Below, in pieces: positions 38,831-51,557 of a stretch of DNA of 64,000 nucleotides; within the stretch, counting starts at the first letter, position 1; each line of letters opens with the position of its first letter. This DNA is from Octopus vulgaris (Eukaryota), in NCBI GenBank assembly GCA_951406725.2, contig OX597816.1, forward strand, positions 177,258,001 through 177,322,000, given 5' to 3'. Made by a program: the position numbers and the translations under genes. The notes under the pieces were generated by a model that was not told the DNA's origin, made no database searches, and worked only from the letters and a program-made list of their open reading frames with translations.

Positions 38831-40063
38831 ATATTTAGTACATAGTATGTCATACTGTCTTGTCAGCTAAACAATGGAAGGATCGAGTATGCGCAATAAT
38901 TTAGGCATTTCTTCAAGTAACATTTGGCATCAATCTGATTCTGACGCAGATGTATTTTTCTCTCGGCGAACCAAAAACAGAACAATAAAATTGACGAGTT
39001 TTTCATTGGGTAAAATGTTTTTGTGAGCCCGGGAACTGTAATCGAGAGGGGAAACTGTCACAAAACAGTCACAATCATCCCTCGCATTACAACTGAGAGA
39101 CGTCGGTTTATTGACTCATACATCTGATTATAGGATTACTTGTTTAACCAATAAACTGAAGAGTCATAACTGACAGACACCAGTCTACTGGTTCGTAAAC
39201 GTAGCACCTAGGAACTTTTATTCAATCACCCGCCTATAATTAGCTGGTGATGGATAACCTTTTTAAGGAAATTCAAGCAAAGATGGTCTATTTTCATTAA
39301 ATATAATTATGGAAATTTTGTGTAAGAGAGAAATATTATAATAATTTTAATGAGCATAGGACATCAACGCTTTTCAGCAAACGAAACGTATTGTATTATA
39401 CGCTCAAGTTGTTGACTGAAATAATTAAACAAGATTTTCTGCTTGTTACATAATCTAATTACACACACACACACACACACACGCACACACATATATAATA
39501 TATATATATATATGAAGGAAAGACAGCCTGCTGACAAAACCGCTGGAATTACAAGCTGAATATTTTTACATAATCTAGTTTCGCGTCTCTACATCTTAAG
39601 TACAAACTCTATCAGTGTCAACGTTGGCTTTCGTTCCCCAGGGAATCAAAATAGTTTCAAGTGGTTTGTTGACACTGAGTTTAGAGACTTGCTAAGTTTT
39701 AAGTTAATCTGCATATCAGTATTCAAACAACTGATACTCCTGTAGAGTCCAATTCGATAATAAAAGCATGCTAAATTGGTCAAGGCGTTAAAAACACGAT
39801 TATATGAGCAAAGGGAGTAATTCATGTGGACAATTGTATGAGTTAAATAAACAACTGAGCAATGGCAGTTGTTTATCTAAATGGCGTCTTTTTGTAAATT
39901 CAGTCCATTGCCCACATGACTTACTTCGCCCACTTCAATTTTTAATTATGCAAATTATTTCTGTACAAAAATGCTTTTCAGTATCTAAAAGCCGATGAAA
40001 GACAGCTATACTATGTTGATAAGCCCAAACAAGATTTAATCCTATCAATAATTATCCCGTTAC

Positions 40064-40127
40064 CTGGATACAAATATTAGACTTCTCTGATTCGTTCTAA
40101 ATTTCTTGAAATTGTCTCCCTTTCTTT
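40064..40127 (-). CDS. Putative coding exon RKGDNFKKFRTNQRSLIFVS(R)
   Basis: GTTAATGCTTTTCAG acceptor, CAG|GTAACG donor; only one open frame, ending in phase 2 to match exon 14177. Confidence 0.4.
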
Positions 40128-40478
40128 CTGAAAAGCATTAACGAATGTCGCTAAATTTCTTTTTCTTTCAATTAAGAGCGATATTTCAAGTGAGACATTC
40201 AGTACATTAACACTTAACTTACAAATGCAAATAATGCTTTTTGAAATAGATGATGCAGACGTTTTAAAGTAATTCAACCAATTACCAGATTTTGCTGTTG
40301 TCCACCTCTAACCAGTTTGATGGCACATTGTCATTTGAATGTAAGTTTGCAACATGCACATCCGGTACTATGGAAATTCAATGATTTTTGTCTTGTTGCT
40401 CATCGTACAGGTCTGAATTGTAATTGTACTGAATTGTGGAGTAGGGATAAAATTTTCTATCGTTGGACCAGTTTTTTC

Positions 40479-41160
40479 GGCGCTCCTTTTGAAACGCACC
40501 TCTCCAAGAAAATGAAATCCAATTTAAAAAGTTATGAAAATGGAAAATATATGCAAAAAATTAAGAAGATTCATCCATTTTAAAATATTTCATACTAAAA
40601 AATAAAAAAAAAAACCTAAAACGGACACTCGCGAATATAAAGAAACATGTCGGACGACACAAGGGGAGGTAATTTGATTTCACCACTCAGGTATTATTAC
40701 TGATACACGGGGCCAAATAGCCACTGAGTTATATGTTCTATAATACATTCTCTCTGTAAACTGAAAACAAATATAAAAATAACAAACTTGCATACGTCTT
40801 AAACATATTTATTCTATTGTTTTATAATTATTTCTGTCATAAAGAGTGTGCACAGTAAAAAAAAATCTGATTAAAAACAATCAAGAATTTGCAAACGATA
40901 TTGTCGGGCTCCTTGTATTATTAATAATACCTAACTGGTAAAAGTAAATTACTTCCCCTTGTATCGTCCGACATGTTTCTTTATATTCGCGAGAATCCGT
41001 TTTCCGTTCGTTTTATTTTTTAGTATAAAATATTTAAAAATGGATGAATCTTTCTAATGTTTTGCATACATAATGAATTTTGTATATATTTTCCATTTTC
41101 ATCACTTTTTTAAAAATTGTATTTCATTTTCTTGGCGGGGTGTGTTTCTAAAGGAGCTCC
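40479..41160. mobile_element. Non-autonomous DNA transposon with ~195-bp TIRs (MuDR-like)
   Basis: ~40479-40675 is an imperfect reverse complement of ~40946-41160; GG/CC ends. Confidence 0.75.
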
Positions 41161-42217
41161 CTATTTTCTTTGCAATTAAAAAATTGGAGTAATGTTTATA
41201 TTCTTTTTCAGACAGAGAGGATATGTTTTAATATTTGGGTTATTATTGCTATGAAGTCAAACAGTTGCACAGTCATACACTCATTCTTTCAATGTGACTC
41301 TTATTCTTCCAAGTTAGCCATGAATTATACGAAGTCAAGTCATGGTGATCCGAAGCTGGGTTGACATTTCGATTCCCACTTAAAGTTAATACGCTTCACT
41401 AATACCAGGCGAAATCCCCCCGATAACGCCTCAAGACCCATAGTAGTATGTTTTTTCTAGTTATTTAATTATTTATGGTTATTTATTTCATCCTTAAACA
41501 TACAGGTCAACCAAGTGTCTTAAGTAGGTATTTACCCCAGTCCTAGAAGTCAAAAGATTAACGATGAGTCTCATTGCTGATAATGATTAGATTGTGGGTC
41601 GTAAGTAACTGTAAATAAGGATTGCATTCTCTGTAATTAAATACGGAGATTCCCAAATTCGTACCTGATGAATAAAGCAACGCTTAATTAAATAACCAGC
41701 GGAGTATATTTCTGATATTTATTTTCTCGATTCTGAAAGAATATAAAATTAAAGTGAGCCCCAACAAGATGAAAACTATGAACTTAAAGAAACTTAAATA
41801 GCTGTAGATAAGCAATCTCTGTACATACTATATTAAACCTCTACAGAATGATAGGCATAGTCGACTCTGTTGGAATTTGAACCCAAAGCGTAAGGGGATG
41901 CGATTAAATACTGTAAAGAATTTTGCTGGCCACTCTATCAATATCACCAAAGGATCTCACATCAAAAATGGTAATTCCTTGGAGAGTAAAGCAAGTCGTT
42001 AACTGATTCACTTCCGGATATATTGACTCTCTTCTGAGTAACCGAACAGGAAATTGTGTGTAAGTTTCCTATTTCAGTAACAGTAAAAACTTTCTCTCCT
42101 CCTCTCTTTCACCCTCCATTCTTCTCTGCGTCTCTCCCCCTCTCTCTCTGCACACACACACACACATATTTATATTTATATACATGTATAGATATGTGTA
42201 TGTTAGTGTATGTATAT

Positions 42218-42265
<48 letters not shown>

Positions 42266-43384
42266 CACACACATTTAAAATACACACATGTATGACGTCA
42301 TATATGTCTATGACGTCATAGTGCATTACACAGCACATTTGGATAATTTAAATTATAAGATATACCTTCTATTTAAAAAATCGCACAATTTTAACCTCGA
42401 TGTAGAAGGTTGCGAAGCGGTTACATGACCCTTTTAATCTCTAAATATTGTATAAGAGTATATAAACAGCAAATATTAAAAAGGTTAAATCGAGGCAACT
42501 GTAAAGTACCAAATGAGTTTGAACATATAAATATATTTGCATCCAACGAAGAGAATCATTTTTTCCTTTTGATGTTCCAAATGTACATGGTAATAGAAAG
42601 CTGGAGAAAAAAAAAGTATGAGCAAAATATAAGATAGAAAGCTAAGAAGGATTTAACTAAAAATAATTGACTCAGAATGAAATAGCCTCTATTTATCGCT
42701 CTTCTATTTCTTTTGTTCTTGTAGTTGTGGCTTAACCCCTGATCGGATTTGATTGAGTAGACTTATTATCAAATGCGTTCCTTTCATGGCCACCGTGTCT
42801 TTCAGACATAATACATTAAGGATTACATTATTCAACGTGTCTTTCCTTCTTTAAGTCGGGAGGTGTGTGATTTTTAGGAAAATTTGGTTTCTATTTCTAG
42901 CATGTCGAGCCACTATGTAGAGACGCCACTGTCGTGCTCGTCTTTTGTGCGTGTGTATGTTCTTGAGAGAGAGAGAGAGAAAGAGACAGAGAGACAGAGA
43001 GACAGAGACAGAGAAAGAGAGAGAAAGAGAGAAAGATAGACAAAGAGAGAGAGAGAGAGAGAGAGAGTGTGTGTAAGCGCGCGTATGCGTGTCTACACCT
43101 GTACACAGAGAAACGAAGTATAAAATCATCAAAAAACAATATCCGTGGTAATTATGACTTCAGTTTATAATCTGTTGTTAGAAAATGTCTGCATGTATGT
43201 ACATAATTGGCTAGAACTATCCTGAAGAGCAACGAAGCAGAAAAGCATCAATTTTATAGATCATAATTCTGTTACTTTCAATAGCTGTTTCATTAAGATT
43301 AAACAATTAATTCCATATTTACGCAATTAAGATACATAATTAGAGTTTTTCTTAATTGAATTGATTTAAATCAATGTTTATATT

Positions 43385-43808
43385 AGGCGCAGGAGTGACT
43401 GTGTGGTAAGTAGCTTGCTAACCAACAACATGGTTCCGGGTTCAGTCCCACTGCGTGGCATCTTGGGCAAGTGTCTTCTGCTGTAGCCCCGGGCCGACCA
43501 ATGCCTTGTGAGTGGATTTGGTAGACGGAAACTGTAAGAAGCCTGTCGTATATATGTCTATATATATATGTATGTGTGTATATGTGTTTGTGTGTCCGTG
43601 TTTGTCCCCTAGCATTGCTTGACAACCAATGCTGGTGTGTTTACGTCCCCGTCACTTAGCGGTTCGGCAAAAGAGACCGATAGAATAAGTACTGGGCTTA
43701 CAAAGAATAAGTCCCGGGGTCGATTTGCTCGACTAAAGGTGGTGCTCCAGCATAGTCGCAGTCAAATGACTGCAACAAGTAAAAGAGTAAAAGAGTAAAG
43801 AGTAAGAG
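43385..43808 (+). mobile_element. SINE family B
   Basis: Full-length; near-identical to 59737-60155. Confidence 0.88.
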
Positions 43809-44131
43809 TATTAAATCAAGAGGAATATTACAGGGAACGCCAACTATAAAGTTTTGCTGCTTGGATGGAAGACATACATTAACATTTTGCAGATAATTGT
43901 TTTGTATGTCTGCTGGTGTTACAAAATGGATCTAACCATGATATTCTGTTGATCTGATGAGCTAGCTTTCTACATTAGTTTGCAAAATGTTAAATAGTAC
44001 TATGCAATTTATAACAAAACACACCAGTGCAGACATGTAAAAGAATATTTTTCCATAATGTTGGCTGCCAAACAATCGTCATCCTGTGGATATCAACTGG
44101 CGAAATAAATATATTCATCTAATATTAGCTG

Positions 44132-44175
<44 letters not shown>

Positions 44176-44312
44176 TAAACTTAAATGTTGAAGTGAATCG
44201 AACGGCTTTTGCGTGTTTCTTAAATAGGTTACAAACACCTTCCACGCTGCAATTGTTTTCGTTTCAGCACACGATCTCAGATCAAATCACTTGATATGCG
44301 AGTACATCTCCG

Positions 44313-44366
<54 letters not shown>

Positions 44367-44606
44367 GCAGATAATAGAAAATGAATTGGACGACATTCTA
44401 TATTTAAAATCATTTCAGTTGTTGTGATACACTTGTAGTATATTGGTAAGCTGATATAATTATCATTTTTAACTATTGCCCATCCAAGTTGTAAGATGCA
44501 CTTTTTAAGGTGATTGTTTAAATAAGTCCTTCGTTAGATCATACTGCCATTTCAGTCACAGTGAGAATGAATACCCATACCTGTATGCTATTTTCAGCAT
44601 AATAGT

Positions 44607-44659
<53 letters not shown>

Positions 44660-44668
<9 letters not shown>

Positions 44669-45590
44669 AGAGAACAAAAACGCAATAGAGGACAATAAAA
44701 CATTCGGACAGATAGACGATACAAAAGTGGACAAGTGAAACAACAATTTGAAGGATAGGCAAAAAAAATGACGGGGCATTCGGGGCCTTCCTTCCTCAGT
44801 CAAGTACCAGGAGTCACGACCGTTTGGGGCAGTTACACTTGAGACAGTTCGATCTGGTTGCCCCCCAAAAAGTCGAAACTGAGAGCATTAGACTCCTTTG
44901 TAAGAAAGCTACCGAATGTGTACGAAAACAAAGACAAAAAAAAACGGAGAACATGGTACACAATAACATATACAAACTACAAGAAAATAACAATAGGTGT
45001 CTTTCGATTGAAAGCGAACCCAATTGAGCTGGCAAGTGTGAAGTGAAAGCCTAAAGGCAGGAACATAGGAGATAGCCATAAGAAGTGTTGGCCGTCTGCA
45101 GTCTGGCTAAGAAAAAGATCATGCGTGGCCGGACACCGGCCACGTGAAGGAGGAGAGATGGGTAGGGGGCAGCGGGATTGAAGGATTAGAAAAAATTCAG
45201 AGAGAAAGAGAAAGGTACAGGGGAGATAAACGAGTGGGAAATAGTGGGGGTTAAGGAGAGGGCCAAGAAATGTGAGAGAGAAGGGAAGCGAGAGAAAGTA
45301 AAAAGTAAGAAAGTAAGAGGGGGACTAAAAGATAGAGTAAGAGTCGTACAAAATTTAGATACACACCTACTATAAGGCGAACACATGGGTGTACGTACGC
45401 CGCTATATGTATATATAAATATAAAAATGGAACAAAAACGCAATAGAAGACAATAAGACATTCGGACAGATAGACGATATAAAGGCGGACAAGAGAAACA
45501 ACAATTAGAAGGACAGGGAAAAAAAGACGGGTCATTCGTGGCCTTCTTTCCTCAGTCAAGTACCAGAAGTCACAACCATTTCGGGCAGTT
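44660..45590 (-). mobile_element. Non-coding element with terminal direct repeats (pLTR-like), flanked by (TA)n
   Basis: ~44670-44834 is similar to ~45430-45590 (period ~756); related sequence at ~48240-48520. Confidence 0.65.
44777..44918 (-). ncRNA. Candidate structured RNA, copy A (multi-pseudoknot, unknown class)
   Basis: Seven helices with compensatory changes against copy B; G-U bias points to the minus strand. Confidence 0.55.
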
Positions 45591-45699
45591 ATATATATAT
45601 GTATGTATAGGGATGTATGTGTGTGTGTATGCGTGCGTGCGTCCAATTTACATATACATGACTATTGGTATGTGCAGAAATAAAACATATAATGAACAT

Positions 45700-46016
45700 G
45701 CGCTTGCTTCTCTACCACGTGGTCCTGGGTTCAGTCCCACTGTGTGACACCATGGGTAAGTGTCTTCTGCTATAGCCTCGGGTCGACCAAATCCTCGTGA
45801 ATGGATTTGGTAGTCGGAAACTGAAAGAAGTCCGTCGTATCAATGTATGCACCTGTGTTTGTGCCCCCATCATCGCTTGATAACCAATGCTGGTGTGTTT
45901 ACGCCTCCATAACTTAGCGGTTCGGCAAAAGGGACCGATAGAATAAGTACTAGATTTGAAAAGTAAGTACTGGGGTCGATTCGTTCGACTAAAACCCTTC
46001 AAGGCGGCGCTCCAGC
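45700..46016 (+). mobile_element. SINE family B (degraded)
   Basis: GGTTCAGTCCCAC head and 3' half. Confidence 0.75.
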
Positions 46017-46346
46017 AAAATACAAAGGAAGGGTGGAGAAAGGAATTTAAGTGCAAATATAAAGTATGCATCTACACACACATATAATATATACCGTGCT
46101 CTCATCATATCCAAAACCCGAAAAAACATATCTACATCTATATAAACAAGTATACACAGCCATATTTATGAACGTACATGTACGCACACTGAAATACGTA
46201 GAAATGCAAACTTAGACAAACACACATTGACTCTAACTAGAATATCCATGAGTTAAAGCTTTAATCTAACATCAAATTCTATGATTCGTTTTGTTTTAAT
46301 TATATTAATATAATAGTTCACGTGCTGTTTAATGAATGACATACCT

Positions 46347-46762
46347 ATTTCTTTATTACCCACAAGGGGCTAAACGTAGAGGGGACAAACAAGGACAGGC
46401 ATAGGTATTAAGTCGATTACATCGACCCCAGTGCGTAACTGGTACTTAATTTATCGACCCCGAAAGGATGAAAGGTAAAGTCGACCTCGGCGGAATTTGA
46501 ACTCAGAATGTAACGGCAGACGAAATACCTATTTCTTTACTACCCACAAGGGGCTAAACGTAGAGGGGACAAACAAGGACAGACATAGGTATTAAGTCGA
46601 TTACATCGACCCCAGTGCATAACTGGTACTTAATTTATCGACTCCGAAAGGATGAAAGGTAAAGTCGACCTCGGCGGAATTTGAACTCAGAATGTAACGG
46701 CAGACGAAATACCGCTAAGCATTTCGCCCGACGTGCTAACCACTCTGCCAGCTCGCTCGCTT
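46347..46762 (-). mobile_element. Head-to-tail dimer of SINE family A with 14-bp TSD
   Basis: TSD TGAATGACATACCT at 46333-46346 and 46763-46776; internal period 184. Confidence 0.85.
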
Positions 46763-47330
46763 TGAATGACATACCTTTTGCTTCAAGGCAAATAGCACAC
46801 TACTTTTGGTATTGCCATTACTCCACACAACTTGGTTTTGTTGCATGTTTGAAAGATATTCTGTGTATGCATATATTCGTTTATTTCGTTTGATATTTAC
46901 CCTCCCTTTCCTTAGAGTTCTTGTCTCTGGGTTTTTCTGTCCTTGTTCGTCTGATCCGGCAGATTGCATTGCTGATATCGCACAGTTGGGCTTGTATTGT
47001 CGGAAGGTGTCGGGGTTTGTTGCATTTGGTCAGTAGATGATGGGAGTTAGGGTAGGTGTCTGCTTTCGTTTGTACTTTTCATTTTAGTGCATTTTCCCTG
47101 TAGGTTTCTTTCTTGTTCCTGAGCTATGTCAATGGCAGAAATCACTATTTTTCTGGATCAATTCTCTCCCAGTTCATATCCCATCTGGAATGGCCAACGA
47201 TGTGGCCTGTTAATACTTTTATTGATCTGCTTTATGACTTTATATTAAGAATTAATTATGGAATCTTTTCTCAAAAAGTTAATAGTTTATATTGGACCAT
47301 ATCTATGTTTCTAGATTTATGCAAATTGCT

Positions 47331-47795
47331 GTTCCTTATCTCTATAGGTGATAAAAATCTCAGGCGGCTGGTTGGTTGGTCAGTTGTATACGCTTAATGT
47401 TGTATAAGATGAGAGCAAAGGTGAGAAAAAAAGAGAGAATATATGTACGTGTGTGTGTGTATGTAAAAGAGAGAAACAGATACAGTTCCTTATCTCTATA
47501 GGTGATAAAAATCTCAGGCGGCTGGTTGGTTGGTCAGTTGTATACGCTTAATGTTGTATAAGATGAGAACAAAGGTGAGAAAAAAAGAGAGAATATATGT
47601 ACGTGTGTGTGTGTATGTAAAAGAGAGAAACAGATACAGTTCCTTATCTCTATAGGTGATAAAAATCTCAGGCGGCTGGTTGGTTGGTCAGTTGTATACG
47701 CTTAATGTTGTATAAGATGAGAGCAAAGGTGAGAAAAAAAGAGAGAATATATGTAAGTGTGTGTGTGTATGTAAAAGAGAGAAACAGATACAGTT
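47331..47795. repeat. 154-bp tandem repeat x3
   Basis: Units start at 47331, 47485 and 47639; nearly identical. Confidence 0.92.
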
Positions 47796-48151
47796 AATAT
47801 AAAAGGTTCAGGATGGGAGCACATACTAGGCTTGGTAACAGGAGCAGGAGTAGCAGTAAATGATAGAATAGTTAAGGAAGAAGTTATGTGAGAAATTTGT
47901 TATATTTACTTTTATTTAAGGTAATAAATATTGTTGCTTTGAAAATAACTTAGTATAAACATTAGAAATTTGATAAAAATTCAATTATAATTATTGTATG
48001 TATTCCGTATTTCCTGCTATCACCCAAGGCAGAAAAAGTATACTTCCAAAGTTGTACGTTATATGAAGAGTAACTGTATTTTTTTATATATGTATTATTT
48101 TGTGATAAGTATAATATCTTTAATCTTAATACCGAATCATTGCCTCTTCCT

Positions 48152-48249
<98 letters not shown>

Positions 48250-48307
48250 TACAAACTGGGACAAGAACGCAAAACATTTAGGAGACGACACAAAAACACG
48301 GACGGGA

Positions 48308-48450
48308 CATTCGAAGCCTTCAATCTTCAGTCAAGAACCGGATAATCCTCGCAATTTCGGCTGATTAATCTTGAGATTGCTCCAATCCAGCCAGCCTCAA
48401 GGAAAAACTAAGCTACGAGCAGTAGATTCCTTGGAAGAAAGCCTCGAATG
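48308..48450 (-). ncRNA. Candidate structured RNA, copy B
   Basis: 14-bp closing stem CATTCGAGGCTTTC/GAAGGCTTCGAATG plus six inner helices covarying with copy A. Confidence 0.55.
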
Positions 48451-48716
48451 TATACAAAACAAGGACGGAAAAACGGACGATGCTACACGAATATGAATAC
48501 AAAATAATACGTAAAACAATAATAATAATCGTGACGCATATTTGCCATTTGAATATGGCTAACCCCTAAGGGTGGATGCTACTGTAGTTTGTAGCCCCAG
48601 GAAGACACCTCCTCCAGCTAGCTATAGACACACTTTCTGTGCCCTCTCGAATGTCCCGTCCGTGTTTTTTGTGTCGTCTCCTAAATGTTTTGCGTTCTTG
48701 TCCCAGTTTGTATTTT

Positions 48717-48770
<54 letters not shown>

Positions 48771-49067
48771 CACACACACACACACACAAATATATATATA
48801 TATACAAGGAAGAGGCAATGATTCGGTATTAAGATTAAAGATATTATACTTATCACAAAATACTGATAGGGCACAGAAAGTGTCTACAGCCAGCTGGAGG
48901 AGGTGTCTTCCTGGGGCTACAAACTACAGTAGCATCCACCCTTAGGGGTTAGCCATATTCAAATGGCAAATATACGTCACGATGTGTTACCGCTACTGTT
49001 TATAACTCGCTCTGAGATTTATCATTAATAATGATAATACTTAAAAACAATAATAATAATAAAATAA

Positions 49068-49112
<45 letters not shown>

Positions 49113-49324
49113 CTTGCTTCGGGAGTTGCATTCGGTACGATGTGTTTATTTATTTTGGTAGTTTTGACTTAAAGAATCCCTCATGGAGTGGCATTTATGT
49201 ATAGTAATGCCCTCTACATAATATGAATAAATATATTAAAGTGAAAGAATTGGTGGATTTTTCTGTTATGAGGTTTTTCACGCTAAATACTTGGTAAATA
49301 CTTATAAAGATTTTATCCCATTTT

Positions 49325-49394
<70 letters not shown>

Positions 49395-49509
49395 AGAGTT
49401 TAGGAAAAAAACAAAAGACGAAGGCAGGTGGTGTACAAAACAAACAGATGTATTAGTATAACGCTCAGGAAAAAAAAAAACTTTTACGTTTCGAGCCTAC
49501 GCTCTTCTA

Positions 49510-49573
<64 letters not shown>

Positions 49574-49575
49574 CA

Positions 49576-49622
49576 AAAACTGTCTGATGAACGGTAACGA
49601 GAAACTCAGAGTAACAGATTTT
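49576..49622 (+). ncRNA. Minimal type I hammerhead motif in an ~80-bp (TA)n-flanked unit
   Basis: ctgt-CTGATGA-acggtaacga-GAAA-ctcagag-TA|acag; stem II closing pair is degenerate. Confidence 0.7.
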
Positions 49623-49649
49623 GTTGAATTTTCTGCTGCTTAAAATAAA

Positions 49650-49747
<98 letters not shown>

Positions 49748-49885
49748 ATATGCATATATACATATATATATGTATATATATAGATATATATGAATATATA
49801 TATCTGCATATATGTATATATATACATGTATATATATGTATATATACATATATGTATACATAGATATATATACGTATATATATAT

Positions 49886-49921
<36 letters not shown>

Positions 49922-49959
49922 TTTATATGCATATATGCATGTATAAATGTATATATATA

Positions 49960-50005
<46 letters not shown>

Positions 50006-50122
50006 CATATACATACATATACATACATATACATATACATGTAAGCCCAGTACTTATTCTATCGTTGTTTAGCCGAACCGCTAAATAACGGGACATAAAC
50101 ACACCAGCATATATGAAAATGT

Positions 50123-50154
<32 letters not shown>

Positions 50155-50187
50155 ATATACATATATATATGTACATATATACATAAA

Positions 50188-50227
<40 letters not shown>

Positions 50228-50289
50228 TATGTATATATATATGTATATATATATCTATATGTATATATGTACGTATATATGTATATACT

Positions 50290-50699
50290 CTTTTACTCTC
50301 TTTTACTCTTTTACTTGTTTCAGTCATTTGAATGCGGCCATGCTGGAGCACCGCCTTTAATCGAGCTACTCGACTCCGGGACTTATTCTTTTGTAAGCCC
50401 AGTACTTAATCTATCGGTCTCTTTTGCCGAAGCGCTAAGTAACGGGGACATAAACACACCAGCATCAGTTGTCAAGCAATACTAGGGGGACAAACACAGA
50501 CACACAAACACACACGCACATATATATATACATATATACGACGGGCTTCTTTCAGTTTCTGTCTACCAAATCCACTCACAAGGCATTGGTCGGCCCGAGG
50601 CTATAGTAGAAGACACTTGCCCAAGGTGCCACGCAGTGGGACTGAACCCGGAACTAAGTGGTTGGTAAACAAGCTACTTACAACACAGCCACTCCTGCG

Positions 50700-50702
<3 letters not shown>
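50290..50702 (-). mobile_element. SINE family B
   Basis: Full-length copy. Confidence 0.85.
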
Positions 50703-50744
<42 letters not shown>

Positions 50745-50856
50745 GTATACATATATGTATGCATATATATATATATACATATATTTATACATATATGTAT
50801 ATATGTATATACATATATGTATATATGTATATATCTATCTATATTTTTATATATAC

Positions 50857-50887
<31 letters not shown>

Positions 50888-51455
50888 AATTAGAGAAAAA
50901 CCACTATTATGTCATTCAAAAACATGATAGACATAAACCATATCATATAAAAAATACAATATATGATAAAACATATATCTAGATCACAGAAATTACATAA
51001 TAATAAATAAACAGTATATAATAAGTAAAATGACTACGTATATATATATTAATTAATAAATCAATATATAATTTATTTAATTAATAAATATAGATTAAAT
51101 TATAGTAATTTAGCTTAACTTAAGTATATGATTTATTTTAACTATTTTTATTTTAATTGATTGGACTCTTATATTTTTCCAGTAAAGATATACTATAATT
51201 TGTTAAAATTATTCTCAAAACTAAAATATATCTTCACAGATAAAATACATATTTCTACCTATTTACTCTATTTTTTACCTTAGGTCTTTAACGTGATAAA
51301 TGTATTATAGACACCTGGTCCTACTTTTTAAGTTTCAAATTTAGTTAACGGAGTTTCTTCTATAAGAAAAATCATGTTTTTATTTAAGAAATATTGTTTA
51401 ATTCATTCGATTATTTATTAAAAATATATATTTAACTATTATTGTTATTATTGTT

Positions 51456-51557
51456 AACCTGAGGAGTGACTATACTTTTAAATTGAATTGTTTTTGGATT
51501 AAATTAAAATTTAATTGTAATTCGAATTGAAGTTATAGCCGCGAAACGTACGTAGTC
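51456..51557 (+). ncRNA. Type I hammerhead motif with long AT-rich stem II
   Basis: ac-CTGAGGA-gtgactata..tatagccgc-GAAA-cgtacg-TA|gt; palindromic stem III; weak stem I. Confidence 0.65.

Noticed and set aside
39565-39620. Hammerhead-like CTGATAGA...GAAA on the minus strand (similar weak cases at ~43222 and ~49262)
   Set aside because: Cores and stems too degenerate to support.
40222-40367. Extra minus-strand exon candidates upstream of 40127
   Set aside because: The donors tested create in-frame stops when spliced to the 40127 exon.
44770-44810. CTGAGGA...GAAT read as a hammerhead core (also ~45530 and ~48310)
   Set aside because: GAAT instead of GAAA and no valid stems I/III; better explained as H7'/H1' of the larger fold.
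49497-50982. Many [12 protein letters not shown] ORFs here and elsewhere
   Set aside because: Dinucleotide microsatellite artefacts.
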